From assembly GCA_022777205.1 (NCBI GenBank), contig JALFGP010000037.1:2819-66818 (forward strand): a stretch of DNA of 64,000 nt, in the 5' to 3' direction. Made by a program: the position numbers and the translations under genes. The notes below the pieces were generated by a model. It was not told the origin of the DNA, searched no databases, and was given only the letters and a program-made list of their open reading frames with translations. The stretch is from Rikenellaceae bacterium. GTDB taxonomy: Bacteria; Bacteroidota; Bacteroidia; Bacteroidales; UBA932. This document shows positions 48,408 through 57,491 of the stretch, in pieces. Position 1 is the stretch's first letter; every line of letters starts with the position of its first letter.

Positions 48408-49952
48408 TTAATGGCCCGGACAACCGGCTGATTCAAGCGCCTTGTCGAGAGTGTTTTCCCTGTGCCATATGTCATTTGCTTCCTCAAGCTTTAGCGCAAG
48501 CGTGTCGCAAAGACTCCTGAACAGTTCCGGATTGTCCTTATAGTCAATGTTGTGCATCTGGTAAGGGTCTTCCTTGTCGTTGAACATCAGCACCCTTTTC
48601 AGGCTTCCGTCCCTGTTGATTGTGATTTCCAGCGTGTGGGTGGAGGTCCTGATTCCCCTGGCGACCGGGAAGAACCCGTGCACCAGTCCGTCCGCCCCAA
48701 GTTCGCCGTTCACATTCCTTATATACAACACTGCCTGAGGCACATCGCAGTCGGCTCCGTTTTCCAGAAGTACCGGAGAGAGGTCCCTGCCTTCTGCACT
48801 TGAAGGAATCTTGTCGCCCAAGCCGGCAAGGGAGAGAAGGGTAGGGTAGATGTCCACAGAACTGAGCATTGTGTCGTCCACGTGTGGCCTCAGTCTGCCC
48901 GGATAGCGTATGATGAAAGGTACGTTGAACGATTCCGTATAAATGGAATTCTTAGGGTCTTCTGTTCCCTGGCTGCACATGGTTTCTCCGTGATCCGAAG
49001 TGAATATGACAATTGTGTTTTTGTCCAAGCCGAGAACTTTCAACTCCTTGAGCAATCTTCCGAACTCTCTGTCCACTCCGGTCACGTTGGCGAAGTAATA
49101 CCTTGCAGCCCCCGCCTTGGAGAGAGTTGTGTCGGCATTAGGGCGTACATAAAGCTCGCTCAGTGACATATCCTTATATATATTATAGTCTTCCTCCATA
49201 CAGTCGTCCAAGCTTTCGTACGGGCTGTGTGGCGGGTTGTAGGCAAGGGCAAGGAAGAAAGGCGCATCCGCTTTCCTCTGTCCGGAGGTGTTGCGCAGGA
49301 ATTCTATGGCCTTGTCGGTCTCGTGTTTCACAGAATATTCCTTAGGGTCGTGCCTCTTTCCTTCAGTGTCCCAATAGTGAGGGTCCTTGTGCACATCGAA
49401 GGTGCCGTAGGAGTACCAGTGGCTGAATCCGTGCCTTCGCTCAGGCGGAGTGTAGGCGTCCCATTCCGGTCTTCGGGAACTTACATATTCTCCCGGATGC
49501 TGAGGGTCATTGGGAGTCGGGAAATCCGCGTGGAGCTTGCCTATGTAACCGCAACTGTAGCCGTTGGCGCTCAGTACGTCGCTTATGCAGACTGCGTCTT
49601 CCCTCAGGCTGCTCTCGGGCCTTTCGGCCATACAGTTGAGTGTGATTCCGCTCCTTTCCGGGTACATTCCGGTCAGGAATATCCCTCTGTAGGGGCTGCT
49701 GAGAGGACAGTTGCTCATTGCGCGGGACAGGACTACGCTTTCCTTTGCGAAATTGTCGAGGTTGGGAGTCCGTACCGGGTCTGCCTGCCAGCCGGCGTGA
49801 GGGGCGAATTCCGGTTCATTCCAGAAAGCCATAGCCTGGTTTCTGAACTGGTCCGGGAAAACATAGATGATGTTGGGATGCTGTTCCTGTGCTGAATTGC
49901 AAGCTATGGTTGCGAGCGATGACAGGGGAAGCAGAAAATTTTTCAGTGTCAT
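48408..49952 (-). CDS. Ser-type S1 sulfatase lipoprotein resembling chondroitin 4-O-endosulfatases (S1_27-like)
   Basis: PNIIYVFPDQFR, FGly motif SSPYR, GYIGKLH, PPERRHGF.HW.SYGT.D.H..P.YW and SDHG. Start MTLKNF at 49952. Confidence 0.85.
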   Translation of the reverse strand: MTLKNFLLPLSSLATIACNSAQEQHPNIIYVFPDQFRNQAMAFWNEPEFAPHAGWQADPVRTPNLDNFAKESVVLSRAMSNCPLSSPYRGIFLTGMYPERSGITLNCMAERPESSLREDAVCISDVLSANGYSCGYIGKLHADFPTPNDPQHPGEYVSSRRPEWDAYTPPERRHGFSHWYSYGTFDVHKDPHYWDTEGKRHDPKEYSVKHETDKAIEFLRNTSGQRKADAPFFLALAYNPPHSPYESLDDCMEEDYNIYKDMSLSELYVRPNADTTLSKAGAARYYFANVTGVDREFGRLLKELKVLGLDKNTIVIFTSDHGETMCSQGTEDPKNSIYTESFNVPFIIRYPGRLRPHVDDTMLSSVDIYPTLLSLAGLGDKIPSSAEGRDLSPVLLENGADCDVPQAVLYIRNVNGELGADGLVHGFFPVARGIRTSTHTLEITINRDGSLKRVLMFNDKEDPYQMHNIDYKDNPELFRSLCDTLALKLEEANDIWHRENTLDKALESAGCPGH

Positions 49953-49970
49953 AATTATGCGCATTTCCGT

Positions 49971-50026
49971 CAAAGTTAGTTCTTTTTTTCGAAATTTTGC
50001 GTAAATTTATAATTTGGTTATCTTTG
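49971..50026. promoter_or_regulatory. Divergent promoters for the sulfatase (-) and GH88 (+)
   Basis: Minus strand TAACTTTG at 49971-49978. Plus strand TTTG 49996-49999, 19 nt, TATCTTTG 50019-50026. Confidence 0.7.
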
Positions 50027-50053
50027 TACAATTGAAACTAATAACTTAAATAT

Positions 50054-51286
50054 ATGAAGAGAAACATTCTTTCCCTTGCGTGTCTTGCCGCAGTTCTTTT
50101 TTCCTGCACTTGCAACGACATAATCCAAGACAACGTCAGAAATGCCGAAAAACAGCTTGCAAGCCTTATTGAGGCATCCGAGGCCAATGACACCATCCGC
50201 ATCCCTTCCACATTCAAAAACGGCGAAATCGAATTCGTCCCTGTGGACGACTGGGTGAGCGGTTTCTTCGCCGGCACTCTCTGGTATATGTATGAGCTCA
50301 CGGGCAAAGAGGAATATGCAGTCCACGCTCAGAAGCACACTGAAGTCCTCCACGAAATCCAGTTCCTCAAGTGGCACCACGATGTGGGCTTCATGGTTTA
50401 TGACAGCTATGGCAACGGACTCAGACTCAAGAATATCCCGGGCTATGACACAGTCCTTGTGAATACCGCGAAATCCCTCGCAACCCGCTTCCGTCCTAAT
50501 GCCGGCATCATCCAGTCCTGGAATGTTGTGGGAGACTGCTGGCAGGCTCAGAGAGGTTGGAAATGCCCTGTCATCATCGACAATATGATGAACCTCGAAC
50601 TCCTTTTCAAAGTGAGTGAAATGACCGGTGACCCGACCTACCGCAACATTGCCATCAGCCACGCCGACAAGACTATGGAAAACCACTATCGCGAGGATAT
50701 GAGCACCTACCACGTTGTGGACTATGATGACGAGACAGGTGAGGTTCGCCGCCGCTGCACAGCCCAGGGCATAGCAGACGAAAGCCGTTGGGCAAGGGGA
50801 CAGGCCTGGTCCATCTACGGATTCACCGTGGCCTACCGTTTCACAGGCGATGAGCGCTATCTTGATCACGCAAAGAAAGTTGCTGAGTATCTCCTTGTGA
50901 ATGAGGATAATATGCCTGAAGATATGGTTCCTCTCTGGGACTTCGACGCAGTGGAATTTGCAAAGGTATATCCTGAATATGAGAAATATGTGGACCAGAG
51001 GGACGCTTCTTCCGCAGCCATCATAGCATCAGCACTTTACGAACTCTGGTGGTACACCCGCGAGGAGCTTTACATCAAATCTGCCGACAAGATGATAGAA
51101 TCCCTTTCCAAGGCTCCGTACCGCGCTGAAATCGGCACCAACGGCGGCTTCATCCTCAAACATTCGGTGGGCAGCATCCCTCACGGAGGCAATATCGACG
51201 TTCCTCTCAACTATGCTGACTACTATCTGCTCGAAGCTCTCATACGCAAGAGACATATTCAGAACGGGGAAAAGCCGGTAGAATAA
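50054..51286 (+). CDS. ugl: GH88 unsaturated glucuronyl hydrolase
   Basis: Lipobox LFSC, WVSGFFAGTLW, HHDVGFM, VIIDNMMNLE, WARGQAW, WDF, DASSAAI and YADYY.LEAL motifs. Confidence 0.93.
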   Translation: MKRNILSLACLAAVLFSCTCNDIIQDNVRNAEKQLASLIEASEANDTIRIPSTFKNGEIEFVPVDDWVSGFFAGTLWYMYELTGKEEYAVHAQKHTEVLHEIQFLKWHHDVGFMVYDSYGNGLRLKNIPGYDTVLVNTAKSLATRFRPNAGIIQSWNVVGDCWQAQRGWKCPVIIDNMMNLELLFKVSEMTGDPTYRNIAISHADKTMENHYREDMSTYHVVDYDDETGEVRRRCTAQGIADESRWARGQAWSIYGFTVAYRFTGDERYLDHAKKVAEYLLVNEDNMPEDMVPLWDFDAVEFAKVYPEYEKYVDQRDASSAAIIASALYELWWYTREELYIKSADKMIESLSKAPYRAEIGTNGGFILKHSVGSIPHGGNIDVPLNYADYYLLEALIRKRHIQNGEKPVE

Positions 51287-51297
51287 CATAGACAGTT

Positions 51298-54200
51298 ATG
51301 AAGCGACTTTCCGCATTTGCAATGATGCTGGCAGTCTGTGCAATATCCTACGCACAGACTGTCAGCGTTGATTACGGGGAGCAAACCGGGGTGATTTCAT
51401 TCGAAAAGATGCCCGGAACGATTTCCTGCAAATCTTCCTCTTTGAACATATCCGATGCCCATTCAAAACTCGGTGACCACTCTTTGGAATGGACCCCGAA
51501 GAAGTCCGGGGCATCGTGGCGTATGGATGTGCCGGTCAAGTTCCTTGCGGTTAATCCCGACCCTGACGACACTGCAATTTCTTCATTCGTGTTCTGGGTG
51601 TATTCCCCTGAACCTGCGGACGGCAGCCTGCATTTCGCGTTCCTCAAGGACGGCAGGGAATGTTGCTGGTTCGACTATTCTCTCGGATTTACAGGGTGGA
51701 GAGGAGCGTGGCTGGGCTTCGACAGGGATATGCAGGGCAAGCCGGAAGAGGGAATGGACTCATTCATAGTCACATACAACGGTAAGTCCCGCAAGCCCCA
51801 TTTCTGGTTCGACGGAGTGATTCCGGCCTCTTTCCAGGATGTGCGCCACCATACGGCTGACTGGCAGGCTCCGTACATCAATGCGGCCACGACCAATTTC
51901 TGGCTCATTCTCAACAAATATTGGGAGAATCCATCAGACATACCCGTGGAGGCGGAACTTGCTGCGGGGCAAAAGGAGGATTTCGCTCTTCTGGAATCCC
52001 GCTTCAAGACTCTCGTAGAGGAAGGCGCGAAGAAATGGGATATTGACAGAATCAGGGACTATTATGACTCCTGGCACATATCCTTCAATGCTGACGGCAC
52101 AATTAGGGGCAAGTCTGTCTGGTTTGTGCGTTATTCCGAGACCTATCTCGACCTCGGGCTGAATGCCAAGAAGGACTTCAAGGAAAACGGGCAGCTGCTT
52201 CAGGACCTGAACGATGCTATGCTGGCAATAGCTATGAGCTGGGAGGATGAGAAGAATCCCGCCATCAAAAAGGAGATAGGAGAGATTTACCTGAACCTCA
52301 CGAGACATCTTATAGACCAGGGATTCCAGGCAGGCAGCGGTATGGGCACCCTGCACCACCTGGGCTACAGTATGCGCAATTTCTACAATGCTCCTGTCAT
52401 AGTCAAGCCTCTTCTCCGTGAAGCCGGTCTCCTTAACACCGTGCAGCAGGCTATGGAATGGTTCTCTGGTTTCGGTGAGGTACGGACCGCGCCGGTGACA
52501 TTGGGAATGGACGTGGATGCCTTCAATACTATGCTTATGGGCCGTTTCGCTTCAGTGGTGATGATGGAAGACACTCCTGCAAAAGCTGCTGGCCTCAAGG
52601 CTCTTTCCCGCTGGGTGGACAACGGGTACAAATATACAGAGGGGCTGAACCCGAGTTTCAAGCGTGACGGTACTGTGGTCCATCACCGCAAATGTTATCC
52701 GGCTTACGCAACAGGCGGTTTCAAGGGTTCCGTGCCTGCAATATGGATGCTTGCCGGGACGCAGTTCGCAATATCCCGTGAAAGCCACGAAATCCAAAAA
52801 CGGGCTTTGCTGGAAATGCGCTTCTGGAGCAATGTCAAGTCTTTCCCGCTGGCTATGTCCGGAAGACATCCCGACGGCAAGCAGACTCTTCTTCAGGGGC
52901 AGTATTCCCTGCTTGCAGATGCCGGCTCTCCTGATGGGACGCAGAAAATAGACAAGGAACTTGCCGAGGCATATCTGCGCATAAGGGGAAATGCTTCAGA
53001 CAAATGGACGAAGAAATTCAATGAAGCAGGCTATGTGGCTGAAAAGGCTCCTGTGGGCGGACACTTTTATCCTTACGACTGCTCGCTTTCCTACCGTCAG
53101 GACGAATGGCTGGTGACTTTTGCCGGACACAGCCGTTATATCTGGGCTGCAGAACATTACAGGGGCGAAAATATGTATGGTCGTTACCTGGCTCACGGCA
53201 GTATGCAGATACTCGGATTTCCGACAGACTATCCCGACAGTTTCGGCAGCGGTTATCGCCAGGAAGGTTGGGACTGGACACATATCCCCGGAACGACTGC
53301 GGCAGCTATTCCTATTGAGGAAATGAAGGCGGATATAATCAATGCCGACGAATTTTCCGGTTTTGAGGAAATGCTGCTTTCTGATGAATATTTCGCCGGT
53401 GGAGTAACTTTGGGCAAGGAGGCTGCAGCGTATTCCTTCATTCTCCACGAACACGACAAATACAATCCGTCCCTGCGTGCCCGCAAATCCTGGTTTGCTT
53501 TCGGGAACCGTATAGTATGCGTGGGCTCAGGTATATGCAATTCCAAGGGGCCTGCTCACACCACCTTGTTCCAGAACAGCCTGGAGAGTGCCGAGGGGAC
53601 TTGTTCCTCTTTCTCCGGGGAATGCGAACTGACTGACCGTCTGGGCAATTTCTACTATATCCCGGATGCGGAGGTGAAATTTGAGAAAGCCCTCCAGCAT
53701 TCTTTCCACGAAGAGACCTGCGCCCCGACAAGCGGGTGTTTCGAGAAAGCATACATTGACCACGGGGAGAATTGTACAGGCGGTGGATATGTCTATATGG
53801 TCGTGCCCGGACCTTCATCTGAAGCCGACAAGGAATTGTTGAAATCTTCTTGTGAGGTGTTGCGCAAGGATAATTCTGTGCATCTTGTGAAAGATAGTCA
53901 GAGCGGGCTTGTGGGCGCATCCGTGTTTGAGGCCGGTACGGTGGACAATGTCATCTTGCAGGCAAGCCAGTCGGTTATGATTTATGCTCTTGAAGGAGAT
54001 AGACTTTCCATCGCCGTGGCGAATCCTGACCTGGCAATCTATGCCGGAGTGTCAGATGAAGTCTTTGACGAAAAGGGCAAGCGGGTCGAAAGGAGCATTT
54101 ACGGACGCGACTGGGTGAATAATCCAGCTGCGGAAACATCTGTGACTTTCGTCCTGAACGGTGAGTGGAAACTGGAGGCCTATATCTGTGGAGGTGGACT

Positions 54201-54312
54201 TGAATGTTACGAAAGCTTCACTCCGACTGTGACCGTGTCCGACGGCAAGACCACGGTGATTGTGAAGACCAAAGAGTGCCGCACTGAGGAGCTTAGATTT
54301 AGAAAAATTTAA
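51298..54312 (+). CDS. PL8 chondroitin sulfate ABC lyase (second paralogue)
   Basis: Signal peptide YA|Q, GWRGAW, HHLGYSMR, VHHRKCYPAY, MSGRHP, GWDWTHIPG and KSWFAFGNRIV motifs. Confidence 0.9.
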   Translation: MKRLSAFAMMLAVCAISYAQTVSVDYGEQTGVISFEKMPGTISCKSSSLNISDAHSKLGDHSLEWTPKKSGASWRMDVPVKFLAVNPDPDDTAISSFVFWVYSPEPADGSLHFAFLKDGRECCWFDYSLGFTGWRGAWLGFDRDMQGKPEEGMDSFIVTYNGKSRKPHFWFDGVIPASFQDVRHHTADWQAPYINAATTNFWLILNKYWENPSDIPVEAELAAGQKEDFALLESRFKTLVEEGAKKWDIDRIRDYYDSWHISFNADGTIRGKSVWFVRYSETYLDLGLNAKKDFKENGQLLQDLNDAMLAIAMSWEDEKNPAIKKEIGEIYLNLTRHLIDQGFQAGSGMGTLHHLGYSMRNFYNAPVIVKPLLREAGLLNTVQQAMEWFSGFGEVRTAPVTLGMDVDAFNTMLMGRFASVVMMEDTPAKAAGLKALSRWVDNGYKYTEGLNPSFKRDGTVVHHRKCYPAYATGGFKGSVPAIWMLAGTQFAISRESHEIQKRALLEMRFWSNVKSFPLAMSGRHPDGKQTLLQGQYSLLADAGSPDGTQKIDKELAEAYLRIRGNASDKWTKKFNEAGYVAEKAPVGGHFYPYDCSLSYRQDEWLVTFAGHSRYIWAAEHYRGENMYGRYLAHGSMQILGFPTDYPDSFGSGYRQEGWDWTHIPGTTAAAIPIEEMKADIINADEFSGFEEMLLSDEYFAGGVTLGKEAAAYSFILHEHDKYNPSLRARKSWFAFGNRIVCVGSGICNSKGPAHTTLFQNSLESAEGTCSSFSGECELTDRLGNFYYIPDAEVKFEKALQHSFHEETCAPTSGCFEKAYIDHGENCTGGGYVYMVVPGPSSEADKELLKSSCEVLRKDNSVHLVKDSQSGLVGASVFEAGTVDNVILQASQSVMIYALEGDRLSIAVANPDLAIYAGVSDEVFDEKGKRVERSIYGRDWVNNPAAETSVTFVLNGEWKLEAYICGGGLECYESFTPTVTVSDGKTTVIVKTKECRTEELRFRKI

Positions 54313-54442
54313 CTTTTACACTATCTTTGCGTCAAAATGTTCTGGCTTTCAGATATAAGTAATTTTTTGAGGATTACTAAACTGGAACAGGAAAGACTGA
54401 CTTGACTGAAACAATAACAATCAATAAACAAGTTTTTTTATT

Positions 54443-54592
54443 ATGTACAAACACACTAATTCACTGGGGGGGGCATATGTAACCCCTGTACTTAAGACGG
54501 TTTCGGTTCAGACCCAGGTCGGGTTTGCTGCGTCGCCGGCTATGAATGCCAGCTTTATCGAGTTAAAGGAACAGGATGATTATGAATGGTAA
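54443..54592 (+). CDS. 49-aa small ORF with a Y-x-T-P-x9-Q-x-G-F-x-x-S motif and an internal G8 tract, upstream of a fimbrillin gene
   Basis: Below the ORF-track length cutoff. MYKHTNSLGGAYVTPVLKTVSVQTQVGFAASPAMNASFIELKEQDDYEW*. The stop lies 13 nt before the pilin ATG. Confidence 0.7.
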   Translation: MYKHTNSLGGAYVTPVLKTVSVQTQVGFAASPAMNASFIELKEQDDYEW

Positions 54593-54605
54593 GGAGGAAA
54601 TTATT

Positions 54606-56444
54606 ATGAAAAAGACAAACATACTTTTTTCAGCAGCGTTTGCTGTTTTTGTGACTGTTTCCTGCTCAAAGGATATCATTGATAACAAAGATACTGTTCA
54701 GCAACCTAATCTGGTTCCTATGACATTTTCCGTTGCGGAGAGCGTTGAAGAAACTGCACCTGATTCGAAAACCACTTTGGTCATTGTTGATAACAAGAAG
54801 ACTATCAATTGGGTGGCAAATGACAAAGTTGGTGTTTTTGGCGTTGTTGGCGTACCAACGATTAACACTACTGTTAATACGAATAATCAAATCTTTAAAG
54901 CAGGATCAAGCGGTGCTTCGACTACTTTGAGCGGATATGTAGTGGATGGAGATAATAGATTTTATGCATTATATCCATATCAGAATGGTGTGTCTCTTAC
55001 TTTCGAGGGCAATGAGAACTCCGCTACAGCACTTTTAAATAATGTAACTATACCTGTTCAACAAAAAGCAGTAGCTGGTAGTTTTGACCCTGATGCCTAT
55101 CTATTCGCATCACTATCTACTAATAGAACGAGTTTTACTTTCTATACTCCTTGTTCATTAGTTGGTTTTCAATTGAATGATCCGGATGTCTCTAAAATCA
55201 AATCCATCAGATTGTATGGAAATAATGCTGGTGATGTCCTCGCTTCTGAAAAAGGTCAAATTAAAGTATATAGTGCAGCTTCTATACACGTGGCTACTGA
55301 CGGGAAATCCAATTATGTAGAACTTGTTCCTGACGGTTCGGATAAATTTCAAAACTTTGTTCAATATTATTTCGTGGTTCTAAGATCGAAGCTAACTAAC
55401 GGAATCACTATTTATGTTGAATACGAAGATGGAACTGTAAAGCAAAAATCCAGCAATAATGTATTTGATGTCAGTGCAAATAATTGTGTTAAAAGTTTAG
55501 GTGCTTTGGAGGGTACATCCTTCAGTAAGGTGGCATATAGCAAGGCATTTGAACTTGGATACAATGTGATTGTTGGTGGCAAAGTCTATAGTAAGAACAA
55601 TACTACCACCTACTCTTCTTTGAATGCCACTACGGAAACTGTTAACTTGAATTCAGCTGCTTATAAGGCAGGATTATATTTCCTGAAAGGCGCTAACTTT
55701 ACTCTAAGTGGTTCTTGGAATGTTGCCAATGATGTAGTTTTGATTGGTGATACCGATGGAGTGAAATTTAATGGTGATACGAGATATAATATATATCATA
55801 ATTCTAAATCACTGAGGATTAAAAATATTGATATTACCATTCCTAATACAAATTATTGTTTATTGAATAATAACACCTCTACGGATGCTACGGAATTGGT
55901 GTTTGATGGATGTAAGATTTCAACAGCATGTCCATTGTTGTATTCATTAAAGAAGAAAGGTGACACAGTTGAAAATACCTGTGCTGTTAAGACCTTGATA
56001 CTTAAAGACTGTGATATAACTCTTACAGGTTCGGCGAATCATATTGTCAATTTGGGTTATGCTAAAGCCTCAAAAATTGAGACTGTCAATATTTCCGGCT
56101 GTACAATTACTCCGAGTGTTGCTGCAAGGGTCATTTCTTTACCTGCTTGGGTGGAAGGATCGACAACAGCACCATCATTTGTTTTCAATAATAATGTTTT
56201 GAAAAGTGTTATACCATCCGGTCAGTCCATTATTTCTTTCTCTGGAAAGATGAATAGTATTGAAGTGAAGAATAACTCAGGTAGTATTGATGTTTCAAAA
56301 GTGGCAGATCTTTCTAAAACTCAGTATTTTATAAACTATTCTTCTTTGGTCGAGCCAATTGTTTACGATAATAACGAATTTAGTATTAATAAAGGCCAAT
56401 TCTCCTCTACATTCTATTTATATCCCGGGAAGACGATGGAATAA
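54606..56444 (+). CDS. Fimbrillin (Mfa1-like) lipoprotein with a C-terminal beta-helix-like domain, AT-rich
   Basis: Lipobox TVSC, MTF....SKT.L...W..NDKVGVF, FYALYPY, IP..Q.A..GSFDP and YYFVV motifs. Start MKKTNI at 54606. Confidence 0.8.
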   Translation: MKKTNILFSAAFAVFVTVSCSKDIIDNKDTVQQPNLVPMTFSVAESVEETAPDSKTTLVIVDNKKTINWVANDKVGVFGVVGVPTINTTVNTNNQIFKAGSSGASTTLSGYVVDGDNRFYALYPYQNGVSLTFEGNENSATALLNNVTIPVQQKAVAGSFDPDAYLFASLSTNRTSFTFYTPCSLVGFQLNDPDVSKIKSIRLYGNNAGDVLASEKGQIKVYSAASIHVATDGKSNYVELVPDGSDKFQNFVQYYFVVLRSKLTNGITIYVEYEDGTVKQKSSNNVFDVSANNCVKSLGALEGTSFSKVAYSKAFELGYNVIVGGKVYSKNNTTTYSSLNATTETVNLNSAAYKAGLYFLKGANFTLSGSWNVANDVVLIGDTDGVKFNGDTRYNIYHNSKSLRIKNIDITIPNTNYCLLNNNTSTDATELVFDGCKISTACPLLYSLKKKGDTVENTCAVKTLILKDCDITLTGSANHIVNLGYAKASKIETVNISGCTITPSVAARVISLPAWVEGSTTAPSFVFNNNVLKSVIPSGQSIISFSGKMNSIEVKNNSGSIDVSKVADLSKTQYFINYSSLVEPIVYDNNEFSINKGQFSSTFYLYPGKTME

Positions 56445-56470
56445 TAATATTGAGTTTAATAAATTTTTCC

Positions 56471-56500
56471 GCGGCAGGGCAACAACCCTGCCGCAGTTTT
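56471..56500 (+). terminator. Intrinsic terminator after the fimbrillin gene
   Basis: gcggcaggg-caacaa-ccctgccgc followed by agtttt. Confidence 0.75.
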
Positions 56501-56696
56501 ACACAGAATTGAGTTTTCTTGGGACAAATTTGAAAAACTTTACAAATCCTTGCAGTAATTGGGTAGGGATTTGGGTTGTGTTTAGCAAATTTTGAATTAT
56601 CTTTGTTAGTTGGAATGAAGGCTCAAAGCCCTGAGAAATCAGGAATGAGTAAGGGCTGTTTGTCCGTAAAATAATTATAACACTAATATCACAATT

Positions 56697-57491
56697 ATGG
56701 TAAATTTCTCACTTGAAGGAAAGGTTGCGCTCGTCACTGGAGCCGCCTATGGTATCGGATTCGCTATGGCAAAGGCTTTGGCTGAGGCTGGTGCAAAAAT
56801 TGCATTCAACTGCCGTTCCCAGGCAAATATGGACAAAGCTGTGGCCGATTATAAAGCTGAAGGTATTGACGCAAAAGGCTATATCTGCGACGCCACAGAT
56901 GAAGAGGGCGTCAAGGCTATGGTTGCGGATATTGAGAAGACTCTCGGCCCTGTGGACATACTCGTCAACAACGCGGGCATTATCAAGAGGGTGCCGATGC
57001 ACGAAATGCCGGCAGAAGATTTCCGCCAGGTCATCGACATCGACCTCGTTGCACCATACATCTGCGCAAAGGCCGTTCTCCCTTCAATGATGGAGAGACG
57101 CAAGGGCAAAATCATCAATATCTGCTCAATGATGTCCGAGCTCGGTCGTGAGACTGTTTCCGCTTATGCTGCAGCAAAGGGCGGACTCAAGATGCTCACC
57201 CGCAACATCGCTTCCGAGTATGGCGAGTACAACATCCAGTGCAACGGCATAGGCCCGGGCTACATCGCCACTCCTCAGACCGCTCCTCTGCGTGAACGTC
57301 AGGCAGACGGCAGCCGCCATCCTTTCGATTCATTCATAGTGGCAAAGACTCCTGCTGCACGCTGGGGCACTCCGGAAGACCTTATGGGACCGGTTGTCTT
57401 CCTTGCATCAGAGGCTTCCGACTTCATCAACGGCCACGTTCTCTATGTGGACGGAGGTATTCTCGCATACATCGGCAAACAGCCTAAGTGA
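56697..57491 (+). CDS. kduD: 2-dehydro-3-deoxy-D-gluconate 5-dehydrogenase / gluconate 5-dehydrogenase (SDR)
   Basis: TGAAYGIG, NNAG, YAAAKGG, GPGYIATPQT and GGILAYIGKQP. Adjacent to kduI. Confidence 0.88.
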   Translation: MVNFSLEGKVALVTGAAYGIGFAMAKALAEAGAKIAFNCRSQANMDKAVADYKAEGIDAKGYICDATDEEGVKAMVADIEKTLGPVDILVNNAGIIKRVPMHEMPAEDFRQVIDIDLVAPYICAKAVLPSMMERRKGKIINICSMMSELGRETVSAYAAAKGGLKMLTRNIASEYGEYNIQCNGIGPGYIATPQTAPLRERQADGSRHPFDSFIVAKTPAARWGTPEDLMGPVVFLASEASDFINGHVLYVDGGILAYIGKQPK

